64,000 nt of DNA from an uncultured delta proteobacterium. Its GTDB lineage: Bacteria; Desulfobacterota; DSM-4660; Desulfatiglandales; HGW-15. The stretch spans positions 25,235 to 89,234 of the forward strand of contig CAVPDE010000026.1 in the NCBI GenBank assembly GCA_963702565.1, given 5' to 3'. A program made the translations under genes and the position numbers. The notes under the pieces are model-generated. The model had not been told where the DNA came from. It did not search any database and was given only the letters and a program-made list of their open reading frames with translations. Below, piece after piece: positions 57,629 to 64,000 of the stretch; the first letter of the stretch is position 1; each line of letters opens with the position of its first letter.

Positions 57629-57871
57629 TTATTTTGTCGGCCCAGGAACATCGAGGGTGTAACAGGAATTGCCGGAGCCGCAGGACTTGGTCGTGAGTGT
57701 TGGTTTTTCTCCGGCGCCCTTGGCCATCACGTGGCTCGTTTTGCTCAGAACCCGTTCAAAGGACTCGCACTTGCATTTCGGACACTGCATTTCCATGGTG
57801 TCATCCGACTTCGCAACAATCTTCTCAAAAAGATTACCGCACTCAAGACATCGAAACTCAAAAATGGGCAT
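57629..57871 (-). CDS. FmdB-family zinc-ribbon protein
   Basis: MPIFEFRCLECG..FE...CPKC. Confidence 0.88.
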   Translation of the reverse strand: MPIFEFRCLECGNLFEKIVAKSDDTMEMQCPKCKCESFERVLSKTSHVMAKGAGEKPTLTTKSCGSGNSCYTLDVPGPTK

Positions 57872-57972
57872 AAGAGAAGCTCCAAAAATACTCGTTTTCA
57901 TGATAATGATGACAAACTATAGTGACTCTAAGCGGCAATGTCAAAGGAAAGCCCCTTTCCAGAGGCGCACTC

Positions 57973-58821
57973 ATGATCCTCTCTTTTCACCCCTGTTTTG
58001 TTGCGGATGCTCAAATCATCCTGGCGGACAGGAATCTGAGCGCAGAGGATCGAGGCATGATCCAAAATGCGGATGCGATCCTCCTTCCTCAGACCTGCTC
58101 CCTTGATCTATATAAAGCGTGCACCAAATCAAAGGCCCATTTGTTCCCGGATTATGATCTGCGCTTCAGATACCCGGGCAAGGTGGGTCAAAGCGTGCTC
58201 TTCGAGAGGCTGAAAATCCCCCACCCTGAGACAAGGCGGTGGGCTTCAGTGGAGGAATTCAGAGCTTTTCTGAGGCAGCAGGCTGAACCCCCACAGGATA
58301 GGCCCTTCTTTCTTAAAACCGACAAAAGCCATGAGGGAGAGGGGGTCTTTTTTGTCACGAATGGGGAGAGCCTTGAGACGGCGTTAGGGCATTTGGAAAA
58401 GACGCGGTCAGAGAGGTTTATTTCTCAGGAATTCATTCCCTGCCAGGGAAACGTGCTGAGGACCGTCGTGCTTTACAAGGGAATCATCACCTACTGGAAA
58501 AGAGCGGATCCCTCTCAGGGGATCATCTCCACAGTAAGCCGAGGATCTCGGGTGGACAAGGAGTGGAAACCGGAGCTTCAGGAGAAGGGAAAAGCCCAGG
58601 CCCGATGGATTTGCGAAAAGACGGGGATCAATCTGGCCGCCTTTGATTTTGTGTTCAATCGGGACCATCCGGACCCCCAGCCTTTTATTTTGGAAATCAA
58701 TTACTATTTTGGAAGACGGGGTTTGGGAGGCTCGCTCAGGTATTACCGCCTTCTGCTGAAAGCCGTTCAGGAATGGCTGAAGGAAAAAGGGTTGGACGCG
58801 AAAGCCGTCCAGCTCGTTTGA
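57973..58821 (+). CDS. RimK-like ATP-grasp protein
   Basis: K..Q..LF....IPHP.T, PFFLK...SHEGEGVF, ISQEFI, AAFDF, ILEIN. Confidence 0.75.
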   Translation: MILSFHPCFVADAQIILADRNLSAEDRGMIQNADAILLPQTCSLDLYKACTKSKAHLFPDYDLRFRYPGKVGQSVLFERLKIPHPETRRWASVEEFRAFLRQQAEPPQDRPFFLKTDKSHEGEGVFFVTNGESLETALGHLEKTRSERFISQEFIPCQGNVLRTVVLYKGIITYWKRADPSQGIISTVSRGSRVDKEWKPELQEKGKAQARWICEKTGINLAAFDFVFNRDHPDPQPFILEINYYFGRRGLGGSLRYYRLLLKAVQEWLKEKGLDAKAVQLV

Positions 58822-58853
58822 GTCCAGTCCATGAGGAAGTCCTTCTGAAAGAA

Positions 58854-60602
58854 ATGTCATCACCTAAATGGATCAATGCGTTGTTTCCTTTTGTGCCTTG
58901 GCTCAAGGGGTACAACCGCACCAAGTTCCGTCGTGATTTTGGCGCAGGGCTCACGGTGGCCGTTGTCCTGATCCCTCAGGCTATGGCCTATGCCATGCTT
59001 GCCGGACTGCCGCCGGTTTACGGACTCTATGCCGCGGTGGTAGCTCCCCTTATCGCTGCCATGTGGGGGAGCCTGCAGCAGCTTTCCACAGGACCTATCG
59101 CCATCCTGAGCCTTCTGGTCCTCACCACTCTGTCCCCCCTTGCAGAACCCGGAACCGCACGATACATCGAGCTTGCCCTTCTTCTTGCCTTCATGGTGGG
59201 GATCCTCTACCTGGCTATAGGCATTTTTCGACTGGGCGCAGTGATGTCTTTTATTTCCCACTCAACGGTGAGGGGCTTCACCTCTGCCGCAGCGCTCATC
59301 ATTTGCGCAACTCAGATCCCAAGCCTTCTCGGCATCAACGTGCACCGGCACGAGTATTTGTTTCCCATGCTTTACGATGTTGCGACGGGGCTTCCCGCCA
59401 CCCATTGGCCCACCCTTCTCGTTGGTCTCCTATCCTTTGCCATTATTTTCGTCGCCAAGAAGTATCGAGCTGCTTTTCCGGGAGGTCTGGCCGCCCTCAT
59501 TCTCACTTCCATTCCTCTTTTTGTTTTCGAATGGCATGAGCGGGGAATCGCCGTCATCGGTCCCACGCCGGCTGGCCTGCCTCATTTTCAGGTTCCGTCC
59601 CTTGATTTCAATACGATAGGTGTACTTCTGGGGCCCGCGATCGTTGTCGCGTTGGTCAGCTTTGCAGAGACCTACTCGGTGGGCAAAACCATCTCGACGG
59701 GGACGAAGCAGAAGGTGGACGTCAACCAGGAGTTCATCGGCCAGGGTCTGGCCAATCTCGTCGGATCTTTTTTCCAGAGCTACCCCGTGAGCGGCTCGTT
59801 TTCGAGAACGGCGATCAATTTCGCTTCAGGGGCCAAAACCTGGGTCTCCAGCGTGGTCGCCACTCTCGGCGTCATCATTGCGCTTCTCTTCCTGACCCCT
59901 TTCATCGCCCATGTTCCCAAGGCGGCGCTCTCCGCCCTGGTGATCAGCGCGGTGATGCTTCTGTTCAACCCGGGGCAGGTCTTTTCTCTGTGGAAAAAGA
60001 ACCGCCACGACGGCATTGTGGCATTCACCGTGTTCGCCCTGGCGCTTCTGACAAAGCCGGACTATGCTCTCCTCATCGGGGTTGTCCTATCCCTGGTGCT
60101 GTTCCTGTGGAAGACCATGCACCCGCGGATCGTTCGGATCACCAAGGATCCCGAGCTCAACATGTTTGTGAACGCCGATGTGTACCAAAAGCCGAGCTGC
60201 CCTCAGATCCTGGAGCTCCGGCCGGACAACTGCATTTTTTTCGGGAACGCAGAATACACGATGGAGCAGCTGCTCAGTCGCCTCAATGAGCAGAGAACCC
60301 CTATCAAGTTTCTCCTTCTGGACTTCGAATCGATCGCGTTTATCGACATCAGTGGAGTGGACGAGCTGTTCGGGCTGCTGGATGAACTCAAGGCGAGAAA
60401 AATCGAGATGGCTTTTCTCTATGTTCACCTGCCTGTAAAAAAGGTGCTGGAGAGCACCAATTTCCTGTACATGGTGGGCCAAGATCGGATGCTGGAAAAA
60501 ATGGGGAATGCCATTGCCTACCTTTTCGAGCGGCTGGACCATGATTATTGCCGCAAGGTCTGCCCCTATAAGCTGTTCCACGAATGCTCGACAGTGAAAT
60601 GA
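58854..60602 (+). CDS. SulP-family anion (sulfate) permease with STAS domain
   Basis: DF.AGLTVAVVLIPQAMAYA.LAGLPP.YGLY, NQEFIGQG, GSFSRTA, FFGNA, IDISG. Confidence 0.93.
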   Translation: MSSPKWINALFPFVPWLKGYNRTKFRRDFGAGLTVAVVLIPQAMAYAMLAGLPPVYGLYAAVVAPLIAAMWGSLQQLSTGPIAILSLLVLTTLSPLAEPGTARYIELALLLAFMVGILYLAIGIFRLGAVMSFISHSTVRGFTSAAALIICATQIPSLLGINVHRHEYLFPMLYDVATGLPATHWPTLLVGLLSFAIIFVAKKYRAAFPGGLAALILTSIPLFVFEWHERGIAVIGPTPAGLPHFQVPSLDFNTIGVLLGPAIVVALVSFAETYSVGKTISTGTKQKVDVNQEFIGQGLANLVGSFFQSYPVSGSFSRTAINFASGAKTWVSSVVATLGVIIALLFLTPFIAHVPKAALSALVISAVMLLFNPGQVFSLWKKNRHDGIVAFTVFALALLTKPDYALLIGVVLSLVLFLWKTMHPRIVRITKDPELNMFVNADVYQKPSCPQILELRPDNCIFFGNAEYTMEQLLSRLNEQRTPIKFLLLDFESIAFIDISGVDELFGLLDELKARKIEMAFLYVHLPVKKVLESTNFLYMVGQDRMLEKMGNAIAYLFERLDHDYCRKVCPYKLFHECSTVK

Positions 60603-60608
60603 ATAGGA

Positions 60609-60699
60609 AAGTGACGAGTGACGAGTAACAAATAACGAGAAAAGAATTGTCTTTTCACTCGTGACTCGTCACTCGTCACTGTCTTTCAGCAACCTGTTA
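60609..60699. repeat. inverted heptamer array plus solo MITE end
   Basis: AGTGACGAGTGACGAGTAAC ... GTGACTCGTCACTCGTCACT then TTTCAGCAACCTGTTA overlapping the yjbQ stop. Confidence 0.75.
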
Positions 60700-61086
60700 A
60701 AGTCTAATATAGACTTTTCGGGATCGTGGGCCGTCGAATTCGCAGAAAAAGATTTTCTGCCATGTGCCGAGGACAAGACGGCCGTTTTCAACGATGACGG
60801 AGACGGAGCTTCCCATCAAAGAAGCCTTGATGTGACTGTCCGCGTTTCCTTCCGTGTGGCGGTAGCCTCTGTGCGCCGGAACGAGCTCATTGAGCTTGGC
60901 AAGGATATCCGTGCAGACATCCGGATCAGCCCCTTCATTGATGGTGATCCCCGCCGTGGTGTGGGGGACATAAACCACACAAACCCCATCCTTCATACCG
61001 GCTTTGGCGACCTCCTTTTGCACCGCGGAGGTGATATCCACCATTTCCGTCCTGGAATTGGTTTTGACGCTGATGCTGATAGGCAT
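60697..61086 (-). CDS. yjbQ: YjbQ/UPF0047 family protein
   Basis: PHTTAGITINE.ADPDV, H.EGN.DSHIK, LGTWQ.IFFCEFDGPR.R. Confidence 0.92.
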   Translation of the reverse strand: MPISISVKTNSRTEMVDITSAVQKEVAKAGMKDGVCVVYVPHTTAGITINEGADPDVCTDILAKLNELVPAHRGYRHTEGNADSHIKASLMGSSVSVIVENGRLVLGTWQKIFFCEFDGPRSRKVYIRL

Positions 61087-61253
61087 GGTTCGCGTTTCCC
61101 TCCATCGGCCGGTTCACGCCAAGCGGCCCTGCAAAAGGAGGATGCTTATGGTCACAAACTGGAGGCGGGCATAAAGCCCGCCTCAACATCCTTAGCCAAG
61201 TCTTAGAATCGTCAAGACTCCGGGGCACACCCCATAAAACCATTTGTTCAGAA

Positions 61254-61577
61254 TCACAGGGTCTTGCTGCGAAGTTCTTTCCCGGCAAGCGGATTGTACA
61301 ATTTGATAATGGCGACTTTCATGCAGTCCACGGTTTTCGATGTGGTGACAATGTCCAAAAGTGTTTTTGTCGCCGGATCAGGGAGCACGCAGGCGTCAGA
61401 CGAGTCGAACTTCAGGTCCGGAAAGGCCTTGAGCAGCTTCTTGTGCTCTTTGTCGCCCACGGGGACCTTGACGGCCTTTTTGCCCTCTACCTGGATAATC
61501 TGATCACCCAGCCCGGCTTCCTGGATTTTCTTTTCCTGCGCCTCATCCAGAAAAACATTTACACAGTAGCTTCCCAT
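61254..61577 (-). CDS. hypothetical protein
   Basis: RBS GGAGG; 107 aa; no family recognised. Confidence 0.7.
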   Translation of the reverse strand: MGSYCVNVFLDEAQEKKIQEAGLGDQIIQVEGKKAVKVPVGDKEHKKLLKAFPDLKFDSSDACVLPDPATKTLLDIVTTSKTVDCMKVAIIKLYNPLAGKELRSKTL

Positions 61578-61792
61578 CACTCCACCTCCAAAAAGAATAA
61601 TTTTAGACTCAATGCCAGTCTGATTGCGTTTGCTCTTATATTATGGCAGCACGCGGGTTGTCAATACGTCAAAACCTTTTCATTCAAAGTGTACCGTCAA
61701 CTGATTGCTTGGGAACGCCCCAATCCCTCCCCGTCCCTAACTCCCCCAGCGAGGGGAGTGGAATTCTGAGCGGTGCATCACTGTCTCCTCAC

Positions 61793-61949
61793 CAGCAGGA
61801 TGCTGAAAAAGACTCCGTTTGAAGGTTGCTCAAAACCGCTCAGATACAAGGCGCCCGAAATCCCGAGGAGTGAGTCGTACAGTCCGGTACGTCGCAGCGA
61901 CGAGGGACGAGGGCAACGCCGTAGATGGGCGATTTTCAGCAACCTGCTA
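61793..61949 (+). mobile_element. 157-bp MITE-like element
   Basis: Ends CAGCAGGATGCTGAAAAAG / TTTTCAGCAACCTGCTA; collinear with 14646-14802. Confidence 0.85.
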
Positions 61950-62354
61950 AGGATTTCCCTTGCGGACCAACAGGTTGAGGATATTGGTGTCGCCCTGCCT
62001 GCGATATTGAACGTCGTCGGCCATCTTTCGAATGAGATAACACCCCAACCCTCCGATCTTCCGAGCCGGAAGCGGGCAGGCCAGGTCGGGCTCAGAGAGC
62101 GAAAGAATGTCGAAAGGAATGCCGTTGTCGAGAATGCGGATGTTCAGTTCGGAATCGCCCATCATTTCGCAAGTCACTTCAACCTCTCCCTTGTTCTCGC
62201 CCGGATAGGCATACTGGAAGATGTTCAGGAGAGCCTCTTCAGTGGCTAGCTGGATGTCATGGATTTTCTCTTTTGAAAACCCGTGATCTCCGGCAAAGCC
62301 TGACACGAAGTGCATCAGCTTTTCAAGGGCGTCTATTGTTGCCGGTGCTTTCAT
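61947..62354 (-). CDS. RsbW-like anti-sigma factor / Ser kinase
   Basis: LATEEA..NI..YAY, D.G.PFD, RKIGGLG.YLIRKM.D.V.Y. Confidence 0.88.
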   Translation of the reverse strand: MKAPATIDALEKLMHFVSGFAGDHGFSKEKIHDIQLATEEALLNIFQYAYPGENKGEVEVTCEMMGDSELNIRILDNGIPFDILSLSEPDLACPLPARKIGGLGCYLIRKMADDVQYRRQGDTNILNLLVRKGNP

Positions 62355-62366
62355 TCCATCCCTACG

Positions 62367-63323
62367 CTAAACAGCGATCACCCTCCCGTCCCAGGCGATG
62401 CTCACCTTGAGGCGGCCGCCCTCCGAGACCAGAGAAACCAGTTGTTCCGTGTCCTTCAGGAGCTTGTCAAGATTCTTGTCGTTGGTGCCAGGGTCGTTGT
62501 GGAAAAGGCAAAGGTGCTTGACCCGTGCTTTCATTGCCAGTTCAACACCCTGATAGCTATTGGAATGCCCAAAGTCCTCCTTGGTTGTGACAGCGTCGAG
62601 AAAAGGATACTGAGCGTCAAAGATGAGCAAATCCGCTCGATCAAAAAACCGGATAAAAGGGCGCTCCTCTTCATCTGTTTCGAACTTGTGCTCAGCATCC
62701 GTTGAGTAAACGATGCTCCGGCCGTCTCTTTCAACGCGATACCCGTAGGAGAGGCCGGGGTGGTTCTGTTTCTTGGCCAGGACCTCGAACCCTTCAATTT
62801 CGTAGCGCTCGTCAGGATCAAGGTCCATGAAATGGACCTCTGCCGGGAGGTCCTTGAGACGCACCGGAAAAAAGGGAGGCTCCTGCTGAAGGGTCAGTGC
62901 TTTTTTCAATTCCTCATGGCAGCTGTAAAAGGTGATCCGGGTGCCTTTGATGTAAGCCGGGACAAAAAACGGAAAGCCCTGGATGTGGTCCCAGTGAAAA
63001 TGGGTCATAAAGATGTGAAAGTCACCCGGGGAGGTCGGACCATAAGTCCGCATGTATTCGTTGCCGAAATCCCTGAGCCCTGTGCCTGCATCACAGAGGA
63101 TGAATCTCTCTCCGTCCCGGATTTCGAGGCACGGCGTATTCGTCCCATAGGTGGCCTTTACCCAGAAAGGAAGCTCTTCTTCCATGAAGGCCTCAATATC
63201 AGTGCCTGCGTCAAGCTTCTTTTCCCTTGCAATCTCAAGCGCATGCCGGACCTTTTCCCACACGTTTTCTGCGGTCAAAGAGGCGGGAATGGACCCACGG
63301 GTTCCCCAGAAACGGACTTCCAT
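62367..63323 (-). CDS. MBL-fold metallo-hydrolase
   Basis: FWGTRGS, DAGTG, THFHWDHIQGFPFF, NHPG, GHS, LFH.DP. Confidence 0.9.
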   Translation of the reverse strand: MEVRFWGTRGSIPASLTAENVWEKVRHALEIAREKKLDAGTDIEAFMEEELPFWVKATYGTNTPCLEIRDGERFILCDAGTGLRDFGNEYMRTYGPTSPGDFHIFMTHFHWDHIQGFPFFVPAYIKGTRITFYSCHEELKKALTLQQEPPFFPVRLKDLPAEVHFMDLDPDERYEIEGFEVLAKKQNHPGLSYGYRVERDGRSIVYSTDAEHKFETDEEERPFIRFFDRADLLIFDAQYPFLDAVTTKEDFGHSNSYQGVELAMKARVKHLCLFHNDPGTNDKNLDKLLKDTEQLVSLVSEGGRLKVSIAWDGRVIAV

Positions 63324-63565
63324 CAGTGTTCTGTATTTTCCTCCGAATTTATTTTGTCGAGGGGTTTGGTTACGAGTTGGGAGAAGTATAGGCAAAGGGG
63401 CGCGATGTGTCAAAGCCAAAACGGCAAGGATTCGGATGCGTTCACTTGCGCTGAGGATGCGGAAAAAGAGAAATTTATAGTAAAAAGAAGGAGGATTTTG
63501 TAAGAATTTTCCTTGACAGCCAGAATTCAGCCATTTATGACATAAGGGCTGTTTGAGGAGGCGCT

Positions 63566-64000
63566 ATGTCCGAAGAGATGATGAGCACCAAAGAGATGGC
63601 CCGTTATTTGGGGGTTCATGAGAAGCAGGTCTATGCCTTGGTGAAGGGCAAGAGAATCCCCTCCACACGGATCACAGGGAAGTGGGTTTTTCCAAAGAGG
63701 CTGATTGATGAATGGATCGAGTCGCATGCCATTCAAGGGCTTGAAAAGGCCAGGGAGAAAAGTGCGCCAATGGGCGGGGCCTTGCTCGCGTGCGGCAGCA
63801 ACGACCCAATCCTCGACATGCTACAGACCTATCTGAAGAAGACCCACCCCGAATTCTTGATCCTGTCTGCGAATACGGGAAGCACTGAAGGGTTAAAGGC
63901 TCTCAACAGCGGCTACACGGACCTGGCCTGGTCTCACCTTCTCGATCCCAAGACCGGGCAGTACAACATTCCGTTCCTGCCCACCTATCTTCCGGATGTG
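63566..64000 (+). CDS. excisionase-type HTH + PBP (molybdate/tungstate-binding-like) regulator, partial
   Basis: Hand translation MSEEMMSTKEMARYLGVHEKQVYALVK..RIP.TRITGKWVFP...IDEWI...GSNDP...GSTEGL.AL...DLAWSHL; runs off the window. Confidence 0.85.
   Translation, partial: MSEEMMSTKEMARYLGVHEKQVYALVKGKRIPSTRITGKWVFPKRLIDEWIESHAIQGLEKAREKSAPMGGALLACGSNDPILDMLQTYLKKTHPEFLILSANTGSTEGLKALNSGYTDLAWSHLLDPKTGQYNIPFLPTYLPDV

Overview
64-kb chromosomal segment of a sulfate/sulfite-reducing bacterium, most likely Desulfobacterota (reductive-type dsrAB-dsrD with divergent dsrN-dsrC). In order: (1) liv ABC genes; an XRE-regulated catabolic cluster (MmgE/PrpD enzyme, TRAP transporter, LarA-family nickel-pincer racemase, four-subunit 2-oxoacid:ferredoxin oxidoreductase); (2) histidine kinase, two receiver-only regulators, a PEP-synthase-like dikinase and a DVU0150/TauE/DUF4881-type membrane module; (3) PPi-PFK, Fe-ADH, icd; (4) an accessory region (25.8-36.4 kb) with small minus-strand genes, gene relics, an inverted-repeat-flanked Y1 HUH (RAYT-like) transposase, an integrase-less integron array (attI-like site plus two attC sites) and a Xre/RES toxin-antitoxin pair; (5) an attenuator-controlled cimA-leuA-leuCD-ilvBN-ilvC-leuB cluster containing an ilvD relic; (6) the dsr locus with uncharacterised neighbours and SulP. 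Most notable: the first integron cassette encodes a CTP-synthase-like glutamine amidotransferase that the ORF track splits at an in-frame TGA. The TGA sits exactly at the catalytic Cys position and is followed 11 nt later by a SECIS-like hairpin, so this is a probable selenoprotein on a mobile gene cassette. Intergenic DNA is heavily colonised by MITE-like, REP-like and tandem-inverted repeats, several of which overlap stop codons. All calls come from reading motifs by eye; no database searches were run.
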